Shown here: in pieces, positions 37,195 through 48,800 of the stretch
Layout of the letters: every line of letters begins with the position of its first letter
Position numbering within the stretch: the first letter of the stretch is position 1
DNA from: Nemertoderma westbladi
Taxonomy: Eukaryota; Animalia; Xenacoelomorpha
Direction of reading: 5' to 3'
Assembly (NCBI GenBank): GCA_032718475.1
Contig: JAUCBJ010001948.1
Location: 52,999 to 116,998, forward strand
DNA: 64,000 nucleotides
Position numbers and translations under genes: made by a program
The notes under the pieces: model-generated
Databases searched by the model: none
What the model was told of the DNA's origin: nothing
The model's input: only the letters and a program-made list of their open reading frames with translations

Positions 37195-38405
37195 ACTGCG
37201 TAAGAGCCAAAACGGATTTCGACCAAGTAGATCAACAATAGCTCAGATACTTGCACTACGGAGACTGATTGAAGGAATTAAGTCCAAGAATCTCCCCGCA
37301 GTCATGACTTTTGTGGACTTCAAGAAGGCATTTGACTCCATCCATAGAGGTAAAATGCTTGAAATCCTAAGAGCTTATGGAATACCAGAAGTAATTGTTG
37401 CTGGCATTGGATTGCTATATTGTGACACAGAAGCGTAGGTACTCTCACCAGATGGTGAAACTGAGTTTTTCTCAATCCTGGCTGGCGTACTGCAAGGTGA
37501 CACATTAGCACCATTACTATTTGTAATTGTGCTGGATTACGCAATGAGGACGGCCACAAAGGGTGAAGATCTGGGATTCACACTTCAAGAACGCAGAAGT
37601 AGTAGATATCCGGCAACTACAGTCACAGACACCGACTTTGCGGATGACATCGACCTGCTCTCTAATACGCTAGCAGATGCACAGCTTCTACTAAATAAAG
37701 TGGAGAGGGCTGCTAAGGAGGTTGGATTGCATATAAATGCTACCAAGACCGAATTCATGACCTTTAATGTTGATGGAAACTTGACAACCATTGATAATAA
37801 TCAACTAAGGCAGGTCGATGACTTCCAGTACCTTGGATCATGGATAGAGAGCAGCAAAAAGGACATAGAAGTTAGGAAAGCAAAGGCTTGGGTAGCTCTA
37901 TCAAATATGGATACCATCTGGAAATCAAATCTCTCCAGGCACCTGAAGACCAAGTTCTTTCGAGCCACAGTGGAAAGTGTATTTTTATACGGGGGTGAGA
38001 CCTGGACACTGACTAAACCACTTGAACAACGAATTGATGGTTGCTACACAAGACTACTAAGGGCAGCCCTAAACATCAGCTGGAGACAACACATGACAAA
38101 CGCCGAGCTTTATGGTACAATACCACCTGTATCAACCACCCTCCGTGAACGCAGATTAAGATTCAGTGGGCACTGCTGGCGAAGTAAAGACGAGGTCATA
38201 CCAGATCTACTTCTCTGGCAACCAACTCATGGAAAGCGTAGTCGTGGACGACCGGCCATAACATATATAGATCAACTTGAAAGGGATACTGAACTTGGGA
38301 GAAACGAAATTGCGACAACTATGGAGAATCGGGAAGCCTGGAAGGATCTCATTTCCACTGTCCGAGTTCGCTCGACCTAGTAGTAGTAGTAGTAGTAGTA
38401 GTAGT
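37195..38405 (+). mobile_element. RTE-like LINE 3' part (RT domain and tail), cut at its 5' side by element 2
   Basis: QNGFRP.RST..QILALRR, FVDFKKAFDS, GVLQGDTLAP, DFADD, YLGS, RGRP; the ORF stop runs into a (TAG)n tail at 38378-38405. Confidence 0.9.
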
Positions 38406-38779
38406 CTATGGCAATTTTCGTGTTATGGGGCTATTTTTCGAAATAAAAAAAAGACACTTTGATAATTATTTTTGAAGCTTCTTTCCGACATCCTGGGGTT
38501 GAGCTGCGTCGATTGATATACAGTAACTTCCATTGACGGATGGGCTATAGCTTTGGAGGAGTTCACCCGATATACATACTGTACATACACACCTACACAT
38601 ATACAGTACATAGATAGTGAATACTTTTACAGTAAGAATTCCTAACGGTCTTCTAATTAATAAAGATCACTGCCGTTTAAGGAAAATCAAAAAGGGGGGT
38701 AAATTCAAACGAGAACCATGTCCCAAGGCCTGCCATCGGTTACGGTACATCAGTTATAGGCCTACTAATCTAGTTTATA

Positions 38780-39481
38780 ATGGTAACACCAACGCCGGAT
38801 TTCAGCCATATTAATGTGGACAATGTTTACGAGCCGGCCGAGGATACGTTTCTCCTTCTGGATGCTGTTGAGGAGAACGTAAACGCAATTCTCGAAACGA
38901 AACCCCTTATTTGCATGGAGATTGGCTGTGGTTCGGGTGTCCCTATCGCTTTCCTTTGTAAGCTATTGCTATCCAAACTTAACGATAAACAGACTCCATT
39001 CGCCATCGCGATAGATATTAGCGACTTTGCTTTAACGACAACGAGATTAACTCTCGAAAAAACCAATTCCAACATTTTGTTCGACCTGCTTTGCGTAGAT
39101 TTGGGATCAAGTTTACTTTCGCGGATGAAATCTTCCGTGGATGTTCTGCTCTTCAACCCGCCCTACGTGGAGTCGACACAGTCGGAAGTTTCGGCGTCTG
39201 GATTAACTGCGGCCTGGGCGGGCGGGACTAACGGACGTGCGGTTATTGATCGTTTCCTACCCGTCGTCGACAAACTGTTATCCCCTGTCGGTCTGTGTTT
39301 TATGATCGCGGAGAAACGCAACTCTCCCGGAGATATTTGTAGCACCGCTCTCGAACGATTCTGTCTGAAGGCGGAAATTGTGAAAGAGAGGCGATGCGGG
39401 ATGGAACTCCTCTCGGTTTTAAGATTCTCACGGAAGGTAGATTCCACTACAACCCGAATACCCATACCGTACCAAATATGA
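38780..39481 (+). CDS. N6AMT1: HemK2/Mtq2-family methyltransferase N6AMT1 (eRF1 glutamine methyltransferase subunit), single exon
   Basis: VYEPAEDTFLLLDA, MEIGCGSG SAM motif, FNPPY, AWAGG.NGR.VIDRFL; full-length 233 aa. Confidence 0.93.
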   Translation: MVTPTPDFSHINVDNVYEPAEDTFLLLDAVEENVNAILETKPLICMEIGCGSGVPIAFLCKLLLSKLNDKQTPFAIAIDISDFALTTTRLTLEKTNSNILFDLLCVDLGSSLLSRMKSSVDVLLFNPPYVESTQSEVSASGLTAAWAGGTNGRAVIDRFLPVVDKLLSPVGLCFMIAEKRNSPGDICSTALERFCLKAEIVKERRCGMELLSVLRFSRKVDSTTTRIPIPYQI

Positions 39482-39717
39482 AGTTAATTTTAACGCCAAC
39501 GATTTTTGACTTCCATCATCTGTCAGTTAGTAATCCAACGAAAATGTGTAAAATCAAAAACAAAATCTGAAATGCGCTAATACTTTTTTTACACACAATT
39601 TTTGCCAATAAAAGGTAAAATAAGAATAAAGTTTCATTGGCCCAGTTGGCCAGGGGTTACGCGCAAAGTATGTAGACTTATTTCCAATACGGGTCCCCCC
39701 AGAACTATACTCCCTCA

Positions 39718-39990
39718 GGTTCCACCTTGGTGTAGTGGTTGCATTGAATTCACATCTCCCGTAGGTCGTGGGTTCGATCCTCACATGGGCCAGGGCAGTT
39801 TTCGTTTCGGCACGAATGCTTTAAAGGGACCAGCCAGGGCGCATCTCTGCCTTGCATCCTTAAGAGGTATAGCTAAATGAGTACTGGAGTTTCCTCTGGA
39901 TAGTAAAGTTCTGGGGGGACCGCACTGGAAATGCGTAATCCCTGGCCTAGCGGCCGAAGAAAATTTACTTTTTTTTTACTTTTACTTTAC
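39718..39990 (+). mobile_element. tRNA-derived SINE with a Meta-domain-like core
   Basis: A box TGGTGTAGTGG (39728), B box GGTTCGATCC (39771), core CTCTGCCTTGCATCCT..GAGGT...TAAATGAGTAC resembling (from memory) the MetaSINE/Sauria core, (TTTAC)n tail. Confidence 0.7.
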
Positions 39991-40419
39991 TCCCAAAGGG
40001 AATCTCGTATTACATTTAAGGGTGCAAGGTACAGTGTGGAAATGAGTCATGGGTAGACCTTTTAAGGGGGATTTAGGTCAAACCTTGGTGGCGAATTAAA
40101 AACTTCAAACGGTTTTTATTTCAATATCATAGTTTTAAAGATATGGCCGTTTAATTACTGACCTTTTAGCTACTAGAATAACGATAATTTAAACATTGAA
40201 CGCCTTTTTCTCAGAAGTGCATATTTTTCACTAAAAACCGATCACCTCCGCACCGCCTTTTCTTAACTGATTCCAATTCTGTTTAGATATTGTAGATAAC
40301 AATTTATACAATATCTTTTCCGCAAACGTTATGACATTATCAAGGTATTAATTAATAAGTAATTAAACAGGACTAAGGATGATCCAACTCTATAGCAAAT
40401 GGAGCGGAAAAAATGAATT

Positions 40420-40491
40420 CACCACCAGCGGGGATTGAACCCGCGTCTCCCGATATACGTTCAGGTATGCTAACCACTACACCACGGAGGC
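40420..40491 (-). tRNA. tRNA-like sequence (pseudo-tRNA or SINE head; GTA at the anticodon position, non-canonical loop)
   Basis: GCCTCCGTGGTGTAGTGGTTAGCATACCTGAACGTATATCGGGAGACGCGGGTTCAATCCCCGCTGGTGGTG folds into a cloverleaf with one acceptor mismatch; T6 run just downstream; lacks U33. Confidence 0.55.
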
Positions 40492-42181
40492 TCCTGCATC
40501 TTTCCGATTGATTTGCTATAGGTGGTAAGCTACGTTACGGTTGCTATTGAATACAGTCCTCCTTACGGATGGATTTAATCTGTATTCTAATACAGTAGCA
40601 GTTATGACCTGTACTACAAACGAATGTTATTGTATATAATTATAATATATAATTATCAAGGTATTGTTTTAAGAATTAGTTTAGTTACGTATTAATGATA
40701 TATTTAGTTAGTTAAATAAATATAGTTATTATATAAACTAATAATTTCATTAAATTAGTGGAATACTTAACAGCTGTATCTCAAAAACGAAAAAGTCATA
40801 TGGCGATGCATATTTAACAATTAAAATACCGCCGTATTTAAAGCCGTATACCGCCGGCCGATGGTTTCCACACCTAAGCGCCCAGCCATCTTACTAGTTT
40901 CCGCAACTTGTCAATCTTTTAGCTCCTAACTTCACGTTCGAACTTTCGAAACATTTGACTCGATAATTATATGATATATTATACCGTATTAATTATGTAT
41001 CGATTCCAATTATTTACCTCGAATGGAGGTGTATCTACTATTAATATTGAACATGTATTATCTGCCCAATCTATTTTAAGTTAAAATTACGGAAAAAACC
41101 ACGGAGAAAACCAACTTTTTCTTTATTTTTTTTAATTATTACTCTAATTATTTATGTGGGATAAATATTTCTCCATTTGACGAAACACCGCCGCGGCCGC
41201 TATGAGGGAGGTGAATACCGCGGTCGCCCCTAAAGCCGCAGGCCATGGCTAACTAATATAGGTTAACGTATGATTCTGAGAAGGTTTTCCACTTTCCATC
41301 CGTTCAAATTTATTTATTTTCGCGTCGGGTCTGCGGGCTGAAATTACAAGACTTTTGATCCAAAAACTTTTCCGAATCTATCCCTTCGACGGACAGGTTG
41401 GAAAGGGGAAGTGGTAAACTACCTTCGTATCGAATGGGGGTAAGATATTTATTAATATTTCGGGTGGAAAAAGGGGCCGTAACTTTATCCGTTTTTGTCC
41501 GTCTTTTTTTATGTAATTCATATTTTCTAAATTTTTAATTCGACAACGCGTGTAGGAATCTGCCAATTATTTTTCGGAACGCGTAAAAGACCACAGGGGC
41601 TACGTTCCTATCGAATGGGGGTACAAAATTTTTTTTGTTTTTCACTCTAGAAGGTTAAGGTACATTTTATACGGTTAATATCGATACGCGGAGAATCCAA
41701 ATATTCTATTGGTTTTGCTGCGCAAAATAAATTAAAAAAAAATGAAGGCCAATATTAAAATTTCGCATTTCAAACTCGCTGCGCGGGAACTCGTTTAGCT
41801 CGAAAACTACTTACCCTGATGAAAAATAATAGTAGGCCTAGTTATACTAAATACTTGTCTGCTTGATATCTAATTGTTATATTTGTCAAACCGAGTGACC
41901 ATGTTAATTTTTAAATATTTTGTAAATACTTCACAAATAACTAACAATTTTGGCAAGTTATACTAAGTTCTTGATAAAATTACAACTTTTCTTTTGACTG
42001 ACACTTTTCATAAATTTGTGTTAAGTATTTGACAAGTAACTAACAAATATGATAAATTATTGAAAATGATTGATACAAATTGCAATTTTTCTTTCAACTG
42101 TCACATTTGATAAAAATTTTGTGAAGTATTTAACAAATCTATTAGGCCTATAGCTTTGAATGCGGCATTACATGTAGATAG

Positions 42182-43051
42182 GGATCTAGGACACTCCCCC
42201 CCCCCCCCCCCCCCCGGCCCGCCCAAGTAGGACACTTCCCCCCCCCCCCCGGACACTTCCCCTCAGCGTTTCAAAATTGTTTGGTTTTGGTTATAATTTG
42301 GAATATTGGTGCCTAAGATGTTATTCTACATGACAGGTTAGAAAATTTTTATTTTTCGCTATTTAATATTAGTTAATACTAGTTAACAACAAAAAAACTT
42401 GGTTGCGCTTAACACCCTAAGGCTTTTACAGTTTTGAATCCAATCACATGAAAGTTTTTTTATATGATAGATCAAAGATGGGGCAACATAACTATCAGGC
42501 GAAATTTTGTTAAAATATTTCTGCACCGCTAGGTGGCGCTGCAAATTTATGCTAATTTTTAGGTTTTTTATAAATAGTATTAAATTTTATTAACAAAATG
42601 TTTCGAAAAGTTATGCAGGGTGGCTATGTAGACATGCACAGAAAGTTTCAGACTAATTACTGAAAAATTGTAGAAGTAGTAGGGTTTTGAATTTGACAAT
42701 TTAATGAAAAAAATATTTGGAGATAATCGACCTTTTATTATACATAGTAATAGTAATTTCAATAGGAATCCCTAAATGGAAATTGTTATAACTTAAAAAC
42801 TAAAAGAGCTATTAAATAGCGGTTTTCAGATTTGGAAACACATTCAATGGTGCATTATAATAGACCATAAAAAAATTTCGACATATTTTTTACCAAAATG
42901 GTGTACCCCCCCCCCCCCCCCCCCCTCCCTAAGAACAGTCGGGGGGGAAGTGTCCGGGCTGCCGGGGGGGGGGGAAGTGTCCGGGCTGCCGGGGGGGGGG
43001 GGGGGGGGGGGGGAGTGTCCTACTTGAACGGGGGGGAACTGTCCGTACACC
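42182..43051. mobile_element. Foldback/MULE-like non-autonomous DNA element with GGACACTTCCCCC subterminal repeats
   Basis: Inverted GGACAC(T)TCCCCn / nGGGGAAGTGTCC arms; 8-bp direct repeat GTAGATAG at 42174-42181 and 43052-43059. Confidence 0.72.
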
Positions 43052-45718
43052 GTAGATAGATAACACCGTAGGCCTACCGGTACTGTTAGTGTCTTTCTCC
43101 CATTAGACACTTCCTGGGAACAGGTTGATGGTGACACAGTGGTGACAGCGACAGGTCAGCAATCAGCCCATACAGATACGCCATACATAACGGTACTGAC
43201 TGATGTCAATTCAACATTACTTTCTCTCTGATTTAAATATATCTGCACTAACTCTCAATCAATTGATTCATATTGGAAGCAATAACCCTGGTGAAAAGAC
43301 CCGTAAGCCTGTGTTCCTCCTATATTATATTTCAACAGCCCAGAAAGCCGGGAATACATTTTGAATTAGAGGAGCGTCTCAATGCGGAACAGCAACGTCG
43401 TGGTACTAAAATTATTAGTATTTTGGATTCGGATAGCTTCGGATTTTTAGATCGCTCTGTTGGGAACGCCACAACTACGGATTACACTATGAGAAGCTAT
43501 TACAATGATATTTAAGCAGTCTTAACATACCGGATATCAATCTCCCACATCAGAGGGCGGAAGGTGAAGAACATGGCGGGGCGGTGTTAGTGATGACTGA
43601 TGAGATGTCAGATGTTGCTTCTAGTGGTACTATTGGCACTATGGCCACTGTTAGTTGATTCGGATGTTGGTGCTACCGGTAGTAATAATCGCATGTATAA
43701 GATAATGGTTATGTAACAACCGAATAAAAGTTTACCAAAGTCTTTATAGCTACAAAATTCTATTTTTTGAGCATTTTTCATTCATCATGGAATACGTCAT
43801 GTATTTCATGATGACTTTTTGATTGTGTCTTGAGTACATTATTTTATAAACTGATGATATTTTTTATTGCCTTTGCTCTACCTATACCTCTTCCTTATTG
43901 CTAAACTCTATGATTGTATGCCGAGTGACTGTATGCCACGGGAATTTTTATTGGCTACTTTATTGGTTACTTGCAATTCTTAGTAGAAAATAAGGGGCCG
44001 ACTAGGCAGTAACTTAACAAATATAGTGTTAATTTTCAATAGGGTACGTAGCGTCTGGGAGACTTATTTAAACATTCTTAAATAGCTCTGTATAAAATAA
44101 TAAATCATAATCAATCAATAATAATAAATCTGAAACCTTAACCATTGGATAGAGGATAGATTCTAATTTGTGAAATAGGAAAGAACTTGGAGAACAGTAG
44201 TGCAAGAACAGTAGTGCAAAATGCACTTAGTGCAAAATGCACTTAAAACGTGCACATTTTTTCTATATTTCAAACACAATTATTTCCAGATCGATTTCTC
44301 ATAGAATGTTATTTTTTGGATTAAATCGTAGGTTGGAGTGATTCTAACTATAATCTTAACATTTGTTTAAATTTGTATGTATATAAAGTTAGTTAAAATT
44401 TCCTTGAACATAATATAGTCCAAAATCGCAAATGTCGCGATTTATTAAATTTGATTTTTGACACTTTTAGCGACTGATCATACACCATCATAGATCGGTA
44501 GAGGATAAACATAAGTGTGTTAAATAGGAACCACCTTTAGGATCCGCTAAAGTGCACTTTACAAATAAGTGTGCAAAAGTGCAAAAATTTTAATAAGGTC
44601 AAATAGTTCAAGAAGGTAAAATAGTTCAATACATTGCTTTCTGTGAAAAGGTTCAACAGACATCACATATGGCAAAAAACAGATGTGATATTAAATACAC
44701 TTTAAACAATAAATAGAGATCAAATAACAAATGGACCACACAAATAAAAATCCGCACAATTTTGTACTTATTATATCGCTTCAAATTAATTCAACAGTGG
44801 ATATTTGGGAGAAGGGGGAAGTTACAGTGTGAATTCGGGGGAAGTTTGGTGAACTGCATTTATGCAGTGAATCCAAACTTCCCCCTTTGAGATATCATAT
44901 ACTTATACGCTGGGGTGTCGGGGAAATATTTGTTACTGTCAGTCACCCTTTGCTTCCATTTATCCTATCCTATATTATTATTACTCCAGTCAGTAATTTA
45001 AGTCAGATAAGAAATCAGTAATTTAGAACGCTAAACTGTCTTTCATGCAAACAAAATTCTAACTAAAGACGGGTGAATGACCTATTACCATGGAAATAAT
45101 TTTAAATATAATTATATATCAAATATTTGGGGAGGCTTCCAAGTTAAACCCCAAAACATATTATTTCGTTACATACAGTAAATAACGTTCTCTTCTTCCT
45201 CTCATAATAAAATTTAAATGAAAATTCTCTGATTGCTGTAACATTTATCAACCAAAATGTGTGAAAAGTGTACCACACGCCCGCCCAAACAGCCGCAAAC
45301 GCATAGTGTACAAAATATTATTTCATTATGTATTTTGTTATATAAGAAAGCGTTTGTTTTTGAATCTCGCTCTTCTTTTAAGTTATTTTTAGTATGACGT
45401 AAGTAATTATCCGATTACAGTCATTCTGATATGAAGTGGGTACCGGTTTATGTTTTTATTATTATTCTTTTAACTTGCTTATGACTACGTTGATTTCTGC
45501 TGTGTATGTCTGTCATGGTGTCAGTAAATAGGCCTAAACAACATGTATGTATGCTATACCCTTAATTGAATAAATGAATCAGGAAGTATTTTTACTTAAC
45601 CCCTTATTATATAAATCGCTCTCCCAAATGCTATCAAACACATACGCGGTAACAACAAACCATCGCGTTTATTTTAAGTCTGGAAATCGCAACTACCCTG
45701 TGTTATTTCGGGACAAAA

Positions 45719-45736
45719 TGGTGCGGTGACCCGGGA
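45719..45736 (+). promoter_or_regulatory. Primer-binding site of element 3 (tRNA-His-like)
   Basis: TGGTGCGGTGACCCGGGA 3 nt after the LTR, close to the complement of the tRNA-His 3' end (TGGTGCCGTGAC..). Confidence 0.65.
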
Positions 45737-45800
45737 TCACCGGACAGCCGGAACTTTCTGACACACATTAGGCCTAACTGTATTCTACTATTAACCAGCT

Positions 45801-48800
45801 ATGGAAGATTTAATATTTCTAAAAAATCAACGTCGTGGTCATCGATCCGTAGTTACTCGTTTACTCGACCAACTAAATGGACTGATGTTCGGAACGTCAG
45901 GAGAGTTGGTAGCTGATCCAGACATTGACTCTATACGTGACGTCATTGCTGGAACGGCGAGACAAAGGACGAGGTTGGCGGATTTGAGCGAAAGAATTCA
46001 ACAGGTATTGGATCCCAATGACGAGGACGGTATAATTACCGAGATTGATACGTCTTCCAAAGAAGATTTGCGTATCTATTCGGCTATTCGACGAGCCGAA
46101 CAGTTTGTAGACGAGAAGGGTCGCGCCGAGTCGCTACCGGGTAGTAACGTTCACCCACCAAACGTGGAATCCCATATCGGTATCGGGATGAAACCGCAGA
46201 AACTTCCCGTGTTGAAGCTGCCGTCATTCTCAGGGAATCCAGTCGATTGGCCAAATTTTTGGGATCGTTTCAATGACGCTGTTCACTCACGAACAGAGAT
46301 CGCTGGGGCTACGAAGTTCTCGTATTTAGAAGGGCAACTTTCGGGAAACGCTGCCAAACTCGTAGCAAACTTCCAGCGAACCAACGAAGATTACGAGGAA
46401 GCCATTGAGTTACTCCGAGAAACCTTTGGTAAACCTCAATTAATCCTCCGGGCTCGTTTACATATAATTCTCGACATCGATGAGCCGAAGCCTACGGCTC
46501 GTGATTTAGCCACTTTCCGAGCGACATATGAAGCCCAACTAAGAGGAATTCGAAATTTAGGAGGAAACGTGGAAGAAGCCGGATACGTGTTCGCTGAAAT
46601 CCTCCTCCGAAAACTCCCTACCAAGATTCGCGACAATATAAATCGCGCTGCACGAACAACTTATTGGAATATTGAAGACCTTCGGAAAGCGCTTCAAGAG
46701 GAAATTGAACAATTATCAGCCTTTGATACGGACCTTTCCAGCTTCAATAAAAGTAAACCAAATAATACTTCAAAGAAACACAATGACTTCGGTAGTCATT
46801 CGGAATCGTCTCCACAGGGCGGCTCGGTCGGTTCATTTGGTTCGAGTGTAATGAATTCTACAAAACCAAAAACGAGATACAAAATCCGTTGTTATTTCTG
46901 CAATAGCGATCACAGTGTCCGTTATTGCGATCGTTATAAAACTAGTGATGAACGGAAGTCTCGCACTGATGAATTGAATCTATGCGCAAACTGTTTACGG
47001 TCTGGCCATTCTACGAACGAATGCCCAAGACCTAGTCGGTGTTACGTTTGCGGAGGATTGCACCACTCGGTTTTACACGCACATTATTCCAGTAGTTCGT
47101 CATCAGATCGGTTACCAAAGAAAAAATCGAATCCATCTGTTTCTAGTTCAGTTTGCACTGAACATTCCTCACTATTACCAACGGCCATAATGCCTATTGA
47201 ATACTATAATCATGGATCTCGAACCTATAACGTTCGGACGTTATTAGATCCAGGATCGCAACGAACTTTTATATTACGGAGTATCGTCGAGTTATTGGGT
47301 TTAACCATAATATCTCGCACATACTTAGCTATCGATAGTTTTACACATTGTGGCGAAATGGATCCTTATGATATTACTAAATTTTCAGTGGTTACATCAG
47401 ACGGATTGATCGAAGTTTCTGCAGCAGTGGTAGACTCGCTACCAATGCGTTTAGCGACGCCGGGACGATCGGATCTCGTCGACCGCTTAATACTTCGCGG
47501 CGTTAACTTAGCTGATCCGATTCGCGGTGATAACGTACCCGATCTTGGATTAGTTTTAGGAGTTGACCAATGTTTTAATTTCATAAAAATTCCTTCCATA
47601 GAAGAGGGTGTGTCTTTACTTCGATCTAATTTAGGGGATGTAATATTGGGCCAAATTGACTCAACCCAATCCGAGGATAAAGAGTGCATTACATCAGTTG
47701 TTACAGCTCTTCATATTGGGACATCGAGACCTTTTTACGAAGATGAAGACGATCTCTCAGCGAGTATGGAGAGGTTATGGAGTCTGGATTCAATCGGAAT
47801 TCGTTACGACGCACCCAAGGACGTTTCTAACGATTCCACATTAATCGAATTCGAAAATAGTATCCAGTTCGACGGATATAAATACACGGCAAGTTTACCG
47901 TGGAAGTCAAATCACCCAATCTTACCAATTAATTATTCATTAGCTGCAAAATGTTTGCAAAGTATATTATCTAAATTACGTAAATCACGCGATTTATTAT
48001 CTTGTTATGATAATATTATTAGGGAACAATTAAACCGAAAATTTATTGAGCCCGCGGAATTTGTCGATTTTCGTAGGTTTACCGATAATGTGCTAGGTGA
48101 TAATAATAATGTTAAATTTCATTATTTGCCTCATCACGGTGTTATCAAACCGACTTCATCAACTACTCCATTGAGAATAGTTTTCAATTGTAGTTCGAAG
48201 GCAAATTCGAAATCTCCAAGTTTAAATGATTGTTTACATACCGGTCCTAGTCTAAACCAAATGCTATGTGATGCTTTATTACGCTTTCGAATGAACAAAT
48301 ATTGTTTTATCAGTGATATTGAGAAAGCGTTTTTACAAATAGGTCTCGATCCATCTGATCGAGATGTAACAAGATTTTTATGGCCTAAGGATCCCTTTGA
48401 TCCAAGTAGTCCAATACTTACATATCGGTTTAGAGTAGTTTTATTCGGTGCTACTTGTAGTCAATTTTTATTAAATGCTACTGTTAGACACCATTTGAAA
48501 CTAAGTGACTCGCCGATAGCTGACATAATTATTCGTAATTTATATGTTGATAACTTACATGGTATGTCAGATAACGAGAACGATTTAATTGATTATTATT
48601 TACAAAGTAGCAAATTATTACAACAGGGTGGATTCCCTTTAAGGGAATGGATAACTAACTCTCCAAAGTTAAATGAACTTATACAATCTAATAACGATGG
48701 ACCTAAAGTAGTTACTAATGAACCGGCTATTTTAGGCATGAAATGGTTTATCGAAAACGATAAATTGGGTTATCCATCCCGCGAAATTAAAACACCCGAT

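Noticed and set aside
40100-42170. Possible TTAA-flanked DNA transposon starting TTAAGGGGGA
   Set aside because: Could not find a matching right terminus, so boundaries are unsupported.
43273-43515. 80-aa ORF in the 43.1-45.3 kb interval
   Set aside because: TTG start, no recognisable motif or codon support.
43590-43640. CTGATGA as a hammerhead ribozyme core
   Set aside because: No properly placed GAAA or stems.
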